Positions 29,419-37,979 of a DNA stretch of 64,000 nucleotides are shown here, one piece after another; within the stretch, counting starts at the first letter, position 1; each line of letters opens with the position of its first letter. Made by a program: the position numbers and the translations under genes. The stretch is taken from assembly GCA_964620245.1 (NCBI GenBank), contig CAZUJC010000002.1, forward strand, positions 68 through 64,067, given 5' to 3'. The notes under the pieces are model-generated. The model did not search any database, was not told where the DNA came from, and saw only the letters and a list, made by a program, of their open reading frames with translations. Origin of the DNA: an uncultured Pseudomonadota bacterium. Lineage in GTDB: Bacteria > Babelota > Babeliae > Babelales > JACPOV01.

Positions 29419-29772
29419 GTGTCGATAGTAAAAAAAATTCAGCACCGAACAGAGAAACGAGCTCAACGTGTGCGCAAGGCAATAAAAGCAAGTGGATTAG
29501 TGCGGATTTCAATTTTCCGCAGCTTGAATCAGATTTATGGTCAAGTAATTGATGACAATGCGCATAAAACAATAGCGAGCTGCTCTTCATTGGAATTGAG
29601 TGATTTTAAGGGTGATAAAAAAGCAATAGCTAAAGCGGTTGGGATTGAATTAGCCAAGCGAGCTTTAAGCAAAGGCATTGAACGTGCAGCATTTGATCGT
29701 GGCAGCTTTTTATATCATGGCCGAGTTAAAGCGCTTGCTGAAGGTTTGCGCGAAGGTGGATTGAGCTTATAA
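29419..29772 (+). CDS. rplR: 50S ribosomal protein L18
   Basis: 117 aa with a GTG start. ..R.R.RVRKAI.......R.SIFRS.NQIYGQVIDD....T.AS.SS.. and ..FDRG...YHGRVKALAEG.REGGL are canonical L18. Confidence 0.95.
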   Translation: MSIVKKIQHRTEKRAQRVRKAIKASGLVRISIFRSLNQIYGQVIDDNAHKTIASCSSLELSDFKGDKKAIAKAVGIELAKRALSKGIERAAFDRGSFLYHGRVKALAEGLREGGLSL

Positions 29773-29789
29773 TCGTAGATAGGAATAGA

Positions 29790-30308
29790 ATGGTTCAAGA
29801 GCGTAAAGAGAAAAATTTTATAGATTCAGTTGTAAGCGTTCGCCGCGTAACAAAAGTTACCAAAGGTGGCAAACGTTTCTCATTCTCAGCATTTGTTGTT
29901 TCCGGCGACGGTCAAGGAAATGTGGGTATGGGTACTGGCAGCAGCCGTGAAGTTTCGGGTGCTATCGCTAAAGCTACGACAAAAGCACGTAGAAGTATGT
30001 TTAAAATTCCAGTTCGAAACAAAACAATTCCGTATCCAGTCATTGGTAAACACGGCGCAAGTAGAGTTATTTTAAGATCTGCTTGTAAGGGTACTGGTGT
30101 TATTGCTGGTGGCGCTGTTCGAGCTATTATGAAAGCTGCGGGCGTTGAAGATATTTTGGCAAAATCTCTTGGTTCGTCAAACAAGCAAAATGTTGTAAAA
30201 GCAACATTAAATGCTCTTGCTAAATTACGTACGCTTGACAAAGTTATGCAGCTTAGAGGAAAAACAGCACAAGAAATTGTAAAGGGAAGTTATGTTTCAG
30301 CTCAGTAA
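29790..30308 (+). CDS. rpsE: 30S ribosomal protein S5
   Basis: 172 aa. ..VVSVRRVTKVTKGGKRFSFSAFVVSGDGQGNVGMGTG.. is canonical S5. Confidence 0.96.
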   Translation: MVQERKEKNFIDSVVSVRRVTKVTKGGKRFSFSAFVVSGDGQGNVGMGTGSSREVSGAIAKATTKARRSMFKIPVRNKTIPYPVIGKHGASRVILRSACKGTGVIAGGAVRAIMKAAGVEDILAKSLGSSNKQNVVKATLNALAKLRTLDKVMQLRGKTAQEIVKGSYVSAQ

Positions 30309-30744
30309 ATTAGGATCGCTGGTAAAAAAACGTAAACGAATTGGTCGTGGTGGTAGCCGGGGTGGCAGTTCTGGTAAAGGTACCAAGGGGCAAAAAGCAC
30401 GTACTGGTGGCAAATCTAAGGTGAGAACAGCGTTTGAAGGTGGACAGATGCCTCTTGTGCGTCGTTTGCCAAAACGTGGTTTTAACAACAAAAACTTTGA
30501 GACCAAATACCAAGCTATTAATCTTGGAGCGCTGGAATCAGTTTTTGATGCAGGGCAAGAAGTAACAAAAGAGATGCTCCGAGCAAAAAAATTATTGAAG
30601 GGCAACGGGTCAGTTTTAGTTAAAATACTAGCTGGCGGTACGTTGTCAAAAAAACTAGTTATTCACGCTGATGCTGTTAGTGAAGCTGCAGCGCAAATGA
30701 TTGAAAAGTGTGGTGGTAGGGTTGAACTCATAAAGGAGATGTGA
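30292..30744 (+). CDS. rplO: 50S ribosomal protein L15
   Basis: 150 aa. ..KRKRIGRGGSRGGSSGKGTKGQKARTGG......FEGGQMPL.RRLPKRGF is canonical L15. It overlaps the end of rpsE, leaving no room for rpmD. Confidence 0.95.
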   Translation: MFQLSKLGSLVKKRKRIGRGGSRGGSSGKGTKGQKARTGGKSKVRTAFEGGQMPLVRRLPKRGFNNKNFETKYQAINLGALESVFDAGQEVTKEMLRAKKLLKGNGSVLVKILAGGTLSKKLVIHADAVSEAAAQMIEKCGGRVELIKEM

Positions 30745-30748
30745 AGTT

Positions 30749-32062
30749 GTGGTCCTGTTAAAAAACTTTAAGAACATTTTTCTTATCCCCGAGCTCAGAA
30801 AAAAAATCTTGTTTACTCTTGGTGTTTTAATTATTGACCGCCTTGGTACGTATATCCCGGTTATTGGGGTGAATGTACCTATGCTTGGTGAACATATGAA
30901 ACGTGCAACGGGAGTGGGTGGATTGTTGAGCTACTTGGATGTTTTTTCTGGTGGCGCATTAAGTAAATCGACGCTGTTCGCTTTAGGAATTATGCCTTAT
31001 ATTACTGCATCGATTATGATGCAAATATTGGGCATGTCAGTTCCTTACTTTGAGCAATTACTCAAAGAAGGTGAATACGGCAAGAAAATAATTAATCAGT
31101 ACACGCGTTATTTAGCAATTGGTTTGAGTGTAATGTACAGCTATGGTTACGCAGTTTATCTTGAAAACGCTAACTTAGTGCTTACGCCTGGCTGGGGTTT
31201 TAGAGCATTATTTGTGCTATCGCTTACTGTTGGTTCACTTTTTGTGATGTGGCTTGGTGACCAAATCTCATTGTTTGGGATTGGTAACGGAAGTTCCATG
31301 ATTGTGTTTGCCGGTATTGTGTCAAGGTTTCCAGAATACATTATCAAAACCAAAGCAATGGTTGATATTGGGACATTGGAATTGTGGCACGCATTATTAA
31401 TTTTAGTAATTTTTATTGCTATCACGGCATGTATCGTCTTTCTGGAAAAAGGGGAACGTAAAGTTCCGGTACAATATGCACGTCGTATCATTGGTCAAAA
31501 GATGTACGGTGGGCAGAGTACGTTTATTCCATTTAAGATTAATACAGCAGGTATTATGCCGGTAATTCTTGCATCATCGGTATTGCAATTGCCAGCTACG
31601 TTAGCAGTGATGCTTTCATCACGTGGAGAAATATTCAGAAAGTTTGCTGAAATAATTGCTCCAGGAGCAGCACTTTTTAACGTTATTGAGTTCGTGCTCA
31701 TAGTATTCTTTTCATTTTTTTATACATCGCTCGTGTTTAACCCTGATGAGTTGGCCGAAAACATCAAAAAAAGTGGTGGCTTTATTCTGGGAATTAGGCC
31801 TGGCAAAAAAACAGCAGAATTCTTTGACTATATTTTGAATAGAATTGGTTTAGTGGGGGCAATTTATTTGGCATGCTTAGCTCTTTTGCCAAACTTCATG
31901 TATGTGTTATTTAAGATGCCATTTTATCTTGGCGGAACTTCACTGTTGATTGTTGTTGGTGTTGCTCTTGAAACATCAGCTCAAATCGAGTCATATCTGA
32001 TTGAACATCGTTATGAAGGGTTTTTGACCACAGGACGTATGAAAAGTAGGATTGCGCGGTGA
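30749..32062 (+). CDS. secY: Protein translocase subunit SecY
   Basis: 437 aa with a GTG start and 10-TM layout. ..PELRKKILFTLGVLIIDRLGTYIPVIGVN.. and ..LFALGIMPYITASIMMQIL.. are canonical SecY. Confidence 0.96.
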   Translation: MVLLKNFKNIFLIPELRKKILFTLGVLIIDRLGTYIPVIGVNVPMLGEHMKRATGVGGLLSYLDVFSGGALSKSTLFALGIMPYITASIMMQILGMSVPYFEQLLKEGEYGKKIINQYTRYLAIGLSVMYSYGYAVYLENANLVLTPGWGFRALFVLSLTVGSLFVMWLGDQISLFGIGNGSSMIVFAGIVSRFPEYIIKTKAMVDIGTLELWHALLILVIFIAITACIVFLEKGERKVPVQYARRIIGQKMYGGQSTFIPFKINTAGIMPVILASSVLQLPATLAVMLSSRGEIFRKFAEIIAPGAALFNVIEFVLIVFFSFFYTSLVFNPDELAENIKKSGGFILGIRPGKKTAEFFDYILNRIGLVGAIYLACLALLPNFMYVLFKMPFYLGGTSLLIVVGVALETSAQIESYLIEHRYEGFLTTGRMKSRIAR

Positions 32063-32745
32063 AAGACTTTAAAGATTTAATTGTATTTATTGGTCCTCCG
32101 GGTGCTGGCAAAGGGTCACTGTCGCAGCTTTGCACTTCTCAATTGGGATGGATGCAGCTTTCGACCGGTTTTCTGTGCCGAAAGCATATTGCGGAGCAGA
32201 CACCGATTGGTAAGCAAATAGATTTTTATATTAAATCTGGTAAATTAGTTGATGATGCGTTGATTGTTCAAATGGTTGAGCAATGGTTGGTTGATCATGC
32301 AAACGATTATCAGGGTATTATTTTAGATGGATTCCCCCGAACCGTTACTCAAGCAGAGGCACTTGAAACCTTGCTGAATAAAAAGGTTTCTTTTTGCCGG
32401 TTAAACGTTGTGCGTCTCACCGCTTGCGATACAACAATTGTTGAGCGTTTGGCGACACGTTTTGTGTGTGATAACAAGGATTGCCAAAAAGTATATTCTG
32501 GTGCACATGTAGCATTGCAACCGCAAAAAACAGGAAAATGTGACGATTGTTCAAGCTCTTTGGTCCGAAGGTCGGATGACCATTTTGATACGATCAAAGA
32601 ACGATTGAAAACATATCATGGATATGAACGCAATTTGCTTGAATTTTATCAGAACAATGGACATCCAGTGAGAGAAATTAATGTTGAGCGGCCGTTGTTT
32701 GAAGTATTTGAAGATTTTAAGAAAATGATCGGTTCCGTTGCATGA
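32059..32745 (+). CDS. adk: Adenylate kinase (long form with Cys-containing LID)
   Basis: P-loop FIGPPGAGKGS, ..ILDGFPRT..QAEAL.., and LID VCDNKDCQKVY..(18)..CDDC...RRSDD. The GTG start overlaps the secY stop. Confidence 0.93.
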   Translation: MKDFKDLIVFIGPPGAGKGSLSQLCTSQLGWMQLSTGFLCRKHIAEQTPIGKQIDFYIKSGKLVDDALIVQMVEQWLVDHANDYQGIILDGFPRTVTQAEALETLLNKKVSFCRLNVVRLTACDTTIVERLATRFVCDNKDCQKVYSGAHVALQPQKTGKCDDCSSSLVRRSDDHFDTIKERLKTYHGYERNLLEFYQNNGHPVREINVERPLFEVFEDFKKMIGSVA

Positions 32746-33497
32746 TTCCGATCAAAAACAAAATAGCAATCCAAAAAATGGAAACTGCTGGATTGTTGGT
32801 AGCAGAAATTTTTCAATTACTCAAAGAGCATGTTGTTGCCGGCAAAACGACATTTGAAATAAACGTTTTGATTGAAAAAGAGCTTCAAAGAAGAAACCTT
32901 GTTTCTTCTACCAAAGGATATAAGGGTTACAAGTTTGCAAGCTGTATTTCGATCAATGATGAAGTGGTACATGGAATGCCATCTGCGCGAATTATGCACG
33001 ATGGGGATTTAGTAAAAGTTGACATTTGTGCTTCATGGAAAGGCTATTGTGCCGATAGTGCACGATGTTTTTTTATTGGTAAACCATCAGCGATTGCGAG
33101 CAAATTAGTTCAAGTAGCACAAAGTGCACTTGATAAAGGTATCGCTCAGGCAAAAGCTGGAAATAAGTTGACCGATATTTCAGCTGCGATTCAAGACGAA
33201 GTTGAATCGAACGGGTTTGGTGTTGTGCGTGATTTTGCAGGACATGGGATTGGTAAACTGATGCATGAGGACCCGGAGATTCTCAATTATGGTAAACCTG
33301 GCAAAGGACCAGTATTGAGGCCCGGTATGACATTTGCAATTGAGCCGATGATTACTCAGGGTAATTATGCAGTGTATGTAGCCGAGGATGGTTGGACCGT
33401 AAAAACAAAAGATAAAAGCTTAGCAGCTCACGTGGAAGATACGGTATTAATTACTGAACATGAGCCGCGTATTTTGACGAAAATTAATCCAAACTAA
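32742..33497 (+). CDS. map: Methionine aminopeptidase, type I
   Basis: 251 aa. ..[10 protein letters not shown]....DGDLVKVDI...[11 protein letters not shown].., ..FAGHGIG...HE.P, ..GMTFAIEP and ..[10 protein letters not shown] give the full M24A metal-ligand set. Confidence 0.95.
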   Translation: MIPIKNKIAIQKMETAGLLVAEIFQLLKEHVVAGKTTFEINVLIEKELQRRNLVSSTKGYKGYKFASCISINDEVVHGMPSARIMHDGDLVKVDICASWKGYCADSARCFFIGKPSAIASKLVQVAQSALDKGIAQAKAGNKLTDISAAIQDEVESNGFGVVRDFAGHGIGKLMHEDPEILNYGKPGKGPVLRPGMTFAIEPMITQGNYAVYVAEDGWTVKTKDKSLAAHVEDTVLITEHEPRILTKINPN

Positions 33498-33504
33498 GGG
33501 TGGT

Positions 33505-33732
33505 ATGAAACAGAAGAAAGATGATGTAATCCGAGTTGATGGGATTGTGCGCGAAACATTACCAAATGCGATGTTTCGAGTTGAAATTGAAGGTGGACAT
33601 ATAGTGCTTGGTCATGTTTCGGGTAAAATGCGCATGCATTACATCAAAATTTTGCCTGGCGACAAGGTTGCACTCGAACTTTCTCCGTACGATTTGACCC
33701 GGGGAAGGATTACTTTGCGTTATAAAAATTAA
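33505..33732 (+). CDS. infA: Translation initiation factor IF-1
   Basis: 75 aa. ..[69 protein letters not shown] is canonical IF-1. Confidence 0.96.
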   Translation: MKQKKDDVIRVDGIVRETLPNAMFRVEIEGGHIVLGHVSGKMRMHYIKILPGDKVALELSPYDLTRGRITLRYKN

Positions 33733-33761
33733 TGATTTTGCATTTTTATTGAGGTATTGCA

Positions 33762-33878
33762 ATGAAAGTTAGAACATCGGTTAAAAAGGTATGCACAAAT
33801 TGTCGAGTAGTTAAGCGTAAGCGCGTTGTGCGAATTATTTGTGAAAAAAATCCGCGGCATAAACAACGCCAAGGATAG
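33762..33878 (+). CDS. rpmJ: 50S ribosomal protein L36 (zinc form)
   Basis: Not in the ORF track because it is under 60 aa. My translation is [38 protein letters not shown], at the canonical position between infA and rpsM. Confidence 0.93.
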   Translation: MKVRTSVKKVCTNCRVVKRKRVVRIICEKNPRHKQRQG

Positions 33879-33913
33879 TTAAAACTATACGTATTTTTAA
33901 AGAGGATTCTTAG

Positions 33914-34303
33914 ATGGCACGAATCGAAGGTGTAAATTTGCCCGCCAAAAAGCGAATTGAATATGGCCTACCGTATGTTTTTGGATTAGGGTTAAAAACC
34001 TCACGCGATATTTTAAATAAATTAAAAATTGATTTTAATAAACGCGTTAAAGACCTTACCAATGAAGAAATTGGTGCGATTCAAAAAGAAGTTTCGCAAA
34101 ATTACAAATGCGAAGGTGAATTGCGTAAAGAGATTATGCTGAATGTTAAACGTCTTCAAGAAATTGGGTCTTACCGTGGCCTTCGTCATAAAAAAGGATT
34201 ACCGGTAAGAGGTCAGCGCACGCGCACAAACGCACGTACGCGCAAAGGGCCACGTAAAGCAGGAAGTGCAGTTGCTTTAAAACGTGCAGTAACTAAAAAA
34301 TAA
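33914..34303 (+). CDS. rpsM: 30S ribosomal protein S13
   Basis: 129 aa. [12 protein letters not shown]....L.Y.FG.G...S..IL... and ..[29 protein letters not shown] are canonical S13. Confidence 0.96.
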   Translation: MARIEGVNLPAKKRIEYGLPYVFGLGLKTSRDILNKLKIDFNKRVKDLTNEEIGAIQKEVSQNYKCEGELRKEIMLNVKRLQEIGSYRGLRHKKGLPVRGQRTRTNARTRKGPRKAGSAVALKRAVTKK

Positions 34304-34330
34304 TTGATAGAATAGGGTTTAATAACGATT

Positions 34331-34714
34331 ATGGCATACAAAAAAAAGACGAAAAAAACTAAACGTCACGTTTCCGCTGCCGTTGCGCATGTAAAATCAA
34401 GCTTTAACAATACGTTAGTTTCAATTACTACTCTTGAAGGTGATGTTCTTTTTGTTAATAGTGCGGGAAAATTAGGATTTAAAGGTTCGCGCAAAGGAAC
34501 TCCATACGCTGCAACACAAGTAGGAACAGCGCTGGCAAAAGATATGTCAGGATTGGGAATTCGCGAAGTAGAAGTAAATATGCAAGGGCCAGGTGCCGGT
34601 CGTGATTCAGTAGTGCGTGCTTTACAAGCTGCTGGCATGAGCGTTACCGTTTTGCGTGATGTTACTCCATTGCCACACAATGGATGCCGTCCTGCAAAAA
34701 AACGACGCGTATAA
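34331..34714 (+). CDS. rpsK: 30S ribosomal protein S11
   Basis: 127 aa. ..AHVKSSFNNTLVSITTLEGDVL...SAG..GFKGSRKGTPYAA.. and ..DVTPLPHNGCRP.KKRRV are canonical S11. Confidence 0.96.
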   Translation: MAYKKKTKKTKRHVSAAVAHVKSSFNNTLVSITTLEGDVLFVNSAGKLGFKGSRKGTPYAATQVGTALAKDMSGLGIREVEVNMQGPGAGRDSVVRALQAAGMSVTVLRDVTPLPHNGCRPAKKRRV

Positions 34715-34761
34715 CCACTAATGCACAATTCAATGCCCAGAGTGCTTAACCTAGGAATGTT

Positions 34762-35319
34762 ATGAAAATTAAAGCGACAACGAAAACACAAGAGAATTTA
34801 GAAAAAAAGCCGACGCGAAGACAACCGTCTGAATATGGTCGACAATTGAGTGAAAAACAAAAAGTAAAGCGTACTTATGGTGTGATGGAACGTCAATTTA
34901 AACGTTTTTTCCAGATGGCCACCAAAAGTAAAGAAGCAACCGGTCAAATGTTGCTTTCATTGCTTGAGCGTAGACTTGATAATGTGATGTATCGTCTTAA
35001 ATTATCAGTTTCTCGTGCGCAAGCCCGTCAAATTATTGTACACGGACATGTTTTAGTCAATGGAGAAAGAGTTTATTCACCCTCATATCTAGTCAATGTG
35101 AATGATGAAATTTCTATTGTGCCCAACGTACTTGAAAAAAAACAAGCGTTTGTAGAACAAGTTATTGATAAACGATTGAAGATTGGAATCAAAGTTCCTG
35201 AATGGTTGGAACTTGATAAAAATGAACGTAAAGGCCGCGTATTAAGAGCGCCAGTTCGTTCAGATATTCAACAACCGGCAATCGAAGAACATTTGATTGT
35301 TGAGTTGTATTCTAAATAA
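34762..35319 (+). CDS. rpsD: 30S ribosomal protein S4 (short N-terminus)
   Basis: 185 aa. ..SEYGRQLSEKQKVKRTYGVMERQFKRFF.. and the S4 RNA-binding domain LERRLDNVMYRL.L..SR.QARQ.IVHGHVLVNG are present. An in-frame stop at 34747-34749 rules out a longer N-terminus. Confidence 0.93.
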   Translation: MKIKATTKTQENLEKKPTRRQPSEYGRQLSEKQKVKRTYGVMERQFKRFFQMATKSKEATGQMLLSLLERRLDNVMYRLKLSVSRAQARQIIVHGHVLVNGERVYSPSYLVNVNDEISIVPNVLEKKQAFVEQVIDKRLKIGIKVPEWLELDKNERKGRVLRAPVRSDIQQPAIEEHLIVELYSK

Positions 35320-35376
35320 TGATGTTGGTGCATGTTTGCATAGATTGTATGACTGAGAATACGGGTAGGGAGAATT

Positions 35377-36423
35377 ATGAATAAGAAGGTGTATAAACCT
35401 CTCATCATTCCACGACTCGCGTGGGATAAGAAAACATTAACGAGCAGCTACGGCGAGCTCGTGGCGCAACCATTAGAGCCCGGATTCGGTATTACTCTTG
35501 GTAACGCGATTCGTCGAGTTTTGCTTGGGGCTGTTGAAGGGTCTGCTATTACAGCAGTGATCATTAAGGGGGTCAATAACGAATTTACGGCGTTGCCAGG
35601 TGTTGTTGAAGATACTATGCAAGTGCTTCTCAATATCAAAGAAATTGTTGTGCGCAACAAGGAAGGTCTTCCTGGTACCATGCGTTTAGTTGCTGATCAA
35701 GAAGGCGTTGTCAAAGTGAGTGACATCAAAGCAGATTCGCATATTGAGTTGATCAATAAAGATCATGTAATTGCTCATGTTGCTGCGCGTGGAAAACTCG
35801 AAATTGAGTTTTTTATTGAATCTGGTCGTGGTTATCGACCCGCACAATGGCCAGAAGATAAGCCGTTGCAAGAAGATGGAAAAATTTATCTTGATGCAAT
35901 GTTCTCACCAGTTCGACAAGTAACATTTGATGTTGAAAAAACTCGTGTTGGTAAAGAAATTGATTACGATAAATTGACGTTAAAAATTTATACCGACGGT
36001 TCTGAGAACCCGCTCGATGTGTTGCATTATTCGGTATCGGTTTTACGCACACAATTAGAACATTTCTTGGCAAGTGCCGAAATACCGTTCAACGAAATTT
36101 CAACCATGCCTGGTGAAGAGCATGGAGAACGTTCATTGGCTGCAGCCGATCTTGGATTGAAAGGAATTTCTCCCGATTTCTTGCTCAAGCCGATTGATGA
36201 ACTCGAGCTTTCAGTGCGTGCGCATAATTGCTTGTTAAATGCAGGTAAAAAACGCATAATCGATATTATTCGTATGCCAAAAGACGAAGTATTACGCATC
36301 AAAAATTTCGGACGTAAATCGGCAAGTGAAGTCGAAGAAGGTCTGAAAGGATATGGTCTTTCGTTTGGCATGAATGTCACTGAAGATGATATTAAGCGGT
36401 TGATCAAAAACACAGAAGAATAA
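35377..36423 (+). CDS. rpoA: DNA-directed RNA polymerase subunit alpha
   Basis: 348 aa. N-terminal domain ..YGELVAQPLEPGFGITLGNAIRRVLLG...G.AIT.V.I.GV.NEF and C-terminal domain ..IDELELSVRAHNCLLNAGKKRIIDII are canonical. Confidence 0.96.
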   Translation: MNKKVYKPLIIPRLAWDKKTLTSSYGELVAQPLEPGFGITLGNAIRRVLLGAVEGSAITAVIIKGVNNEFTALPGVVEDTMQVLLNIKEIVVRNKEGLPGTMRLVADQEGVVKVSDIKADSHIELINKDHVIAHVAARGKLEIEFFIESGRGYRPAQWPEDKPLQEDGKIYLDAMFSPVRQVTFDVEKTRVGKEIDYDKLTLKIYTDGSENPLDVLHYSVSVLRTQLEHFLASAEIPFNEISTMPGEEHGERSLAAADLGLKGISPDFLLKPIDELELSVRAHNCLLNAGKKRIIDIIRMPKDEVLRIKNFGRKSASEVEEGLKGYGLSFGMNVTEDDIKRLIKNTEE

Positions 36424-36440
36424 AAGAGCTGGATATTGCT

Positions 36441-36797
36441 ATGAAACATCAGATTGGAAGAAAAAAATTAAATATGAAGTCATCGCACAAGCGATCGATG
36501 CTTCGTAATCAAATTATCAGTTTGATTAACAACGGTCATTTGGTTACCACCAAAGTGCGCGTGCAAGAAGTGCGTAAACTGACCGAACGTTTAGTCACTA
36601 TTGCTCGTAAAGGCAATACGTTTAATGTTCGCCGTCGCGTGAAAGCATTATTGCCGTACAGCGATGTTGCACTTGATAAACTATTTACCGAAATTGCACC
36701 AAAATATGTTTCACGCCCTGGTGGCTATACGCGCGTTATTTCTTTGGGTCAACGCCCAAGTGATACCGCTACCATCGCACGCTTGGAATGGGTGTAA
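36441..36797 (+). CDS. rplQ: 50S ribosomal protein L17
   Basis: 118 aa. MKHQIGRKKLNMKSSHKRSMLRNQIISLINNGHLVTT..R..EVRKL.ERLVT.A and ..RPGGYTRV are canonical L17. Confidence 0.95.
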   Translation: MKHQIGRKKLNMKSSHKRSMLRNQIISLINNGHLVTTKVRVQEVRKLTERLVTIARKGNTFNVRRRVKALLPYSDVALDKLFTEIAPKYVSRPGGYTRVISLGQRPSDTATIARLEWV

Positions 36798-36800
36798 TAG

Positions 36801-37034
36801 ATGATCAATGAACTTGAACAGCAAGTTCGCTCAGTTATTGATGAACATATCAGGCCAAAAGTTCAACTTGATGGCGGTGATATTGAGTTCATTGGTGTTG
36901 AAAATGAAATTGTTCGCATAAAATTTAAGGGCGCTTGCGTAGGGTGCCCTTTTTCTTTTTATACACTTGTTCTCGGTATTCAAAAAACAATGCAAGAGCA
37001 TATTCCAGCAATAAAAAAAGTAGTTGCTGAATAG
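36801..37034 (+). CDS. NifU C-terminal (Nfu-type) Fe-S cluster assembly/scaffold domain protein
   Basis: 77 aa. ..IDEHIRPKVQLDGGDIEFIGVENEIVRIKFKGACVGCPFSFYTL.LGIQ..M.E.IP carries the CxxC Nfu motif. Confidence 0.8.
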   Translation: MINELEQQVRSVIDEHIRPKVQLDGGDIEFIGVENEIVRIKFKGACVGCPFSFYTLVLGIQKTMQEHIPAIKKVVAE

Positions 37035-37041
37035 ACACTGA

Positions 37042-37440
37042 TTAATTATTTTGCGACCGATTATTAGTTGTTATTCCTTGATACCAACCACTTACTGATG
37101 CCCATTTGTGAAATTTTGTGCCAACCGGATTTGGTAAACGAATAGGTATAATTTTAAGTTTCTTTTGCACTAGGACTATTTGATTTACCGATTTTCGATA
37201 TTCTGTACAGGTGCAATTCTGCACTGTGTGTTCCCCTCTAATAATGTGTCCGATAAAGTATTCTTTAGCTTCGCGGGCTGTTTTCGCGCGATCTTTTGGG
37301 TCTGGTGATGGGACGTTATGTATTATATCGTTACTTGTGGATGAAGATGTTTGCTGGTCGCCTTGAGAATTGCTCATTGCTGTTGCATCATTGTGATAAA
37401 AACAGCAGATGAAAATAAGAAAATATATTAATAACTTCAT
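37042..37440 (-). CDS. Secreted hypothetical protein ('QNCxCTE' paralogue A)
   Basis: 132 aa. Signal peptide MKLLIYFLIFICCFYHNDATAM, an S/T/Q-rich linker, then ..VQNCTCTEYRKSVNQ..NP....W....WY. No family recognised. Confidence 0.6.
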   Translation of the reverse strand: MKLLIYFLIFICCFYHNDATAMSNSQGDQQTSSSTSNDIIHNVPSPDPKDRAKTAREAKEYFIGHIIRGEHTVQNCTCTEYRKSVNQIVLVQKKLKIIPIRLPNPVGTKFHKWASVSGWYQGITTNNRSQNN

Positions 37441-37452
37441 GATTACTTTCTT

Positions 37453-37887
37453 TCATTTGCATTCAATTTTGGGATTGTCATACCAGGAATTATTTTCAGC
37501 CCAGTTAAGGAATTGTTCAATCGCCGGATTAACCGATTTCTTTTCAGATGTATAGACAACAAACAGAATATAGAGTTGTTTATCGACTTTTGCGCGCAAT
37601 TCAGTGCAGTAACAATTTTGTTTTTCGTGTTTTTCTGTTTTGGTATGAAGAAAATAATACCATTGCACTTTCTTGAGAACTGTACGAAAATTGTCACCAT
37701 TTAATTCATCAATTTTGGGGGGCCACTGATTAATTTTAGCAAATTCTTCTCGGGCTTGTTCGGTATTACAGAGTTTTGTGATTATTTGGTTTTTTTGTTC
37801 TTCTGTTAGTCTTTTTTCAATCATCATGGCTGTAGCATTAACAATGCACAAATTCATTAACATAAACAAAAAAAAGGTGGTTTCCAT
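37453..37887 (-). CDS. Secreted hypothetical protein ('QNCxCTE' paralogue B)
   Basis: I place the start at ATG 37887 (GAGGA SD 5 nt upstream), giving METTFFLFMLMNLCIVNATAM. The protein contains ..KQNCYCTELRAKVDKQ..NP....W....WY. The ORF-track start is 37941. Confidence 0.6.
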   Translation of the reverse strand: METTFFLFMLMNLCIVNATAMMIEKRLTEEQKNQIITKLCNTEQAREEFAKINQWPPKIDELNGDNFRTVLKKVQWYYFLHTKTEKHEKQNCYCTELRAKVDKQLYILFVVYTSEKKSVNPAIEQFLNWAENNSWYDNPKIECK

Positions 37888-37979
37888 TATTTCCTCATTT
37901 TTTAAGGACCGATCAAGTTGTTTTAACAAAAGTATATACAAGTTAATTTGTGTGATTCGAGAGTTTGAAGAAATTCAAC

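Noticed and set aside
32440-32580. Adenylate kinase LID with an unusual C-x4-C ... C-x2-C spacing
   Set aside because: Zn-binding and Cys-variant LIDs are well known and variable among bacterial Adk proteins. I cannot argue that it is functionally distinct from the sequence alone.
18197-36449. Numerous 60-140-aa antisense or off-frame ORFs inside the ribosomal super-operon (e.g. 19067-19399, 30297-30605, 34366-34791, 36027-36449)
   Set aside because: All are nested in or opposite to strongly supported, highly conserved genes. Their compositionally biased products (R/P/S-rich) are typical of antisense frames.
36927-36960. Terminator-like hairpin AAGGGC..GCCCTT followed by a T-rich run
   Set aside because: It lies inside the Nfu coding sequence (it encodes KGACVGCPFSFY, the functional CxxC motif), and the loop is 13 nt. 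It is most likely coincidental.
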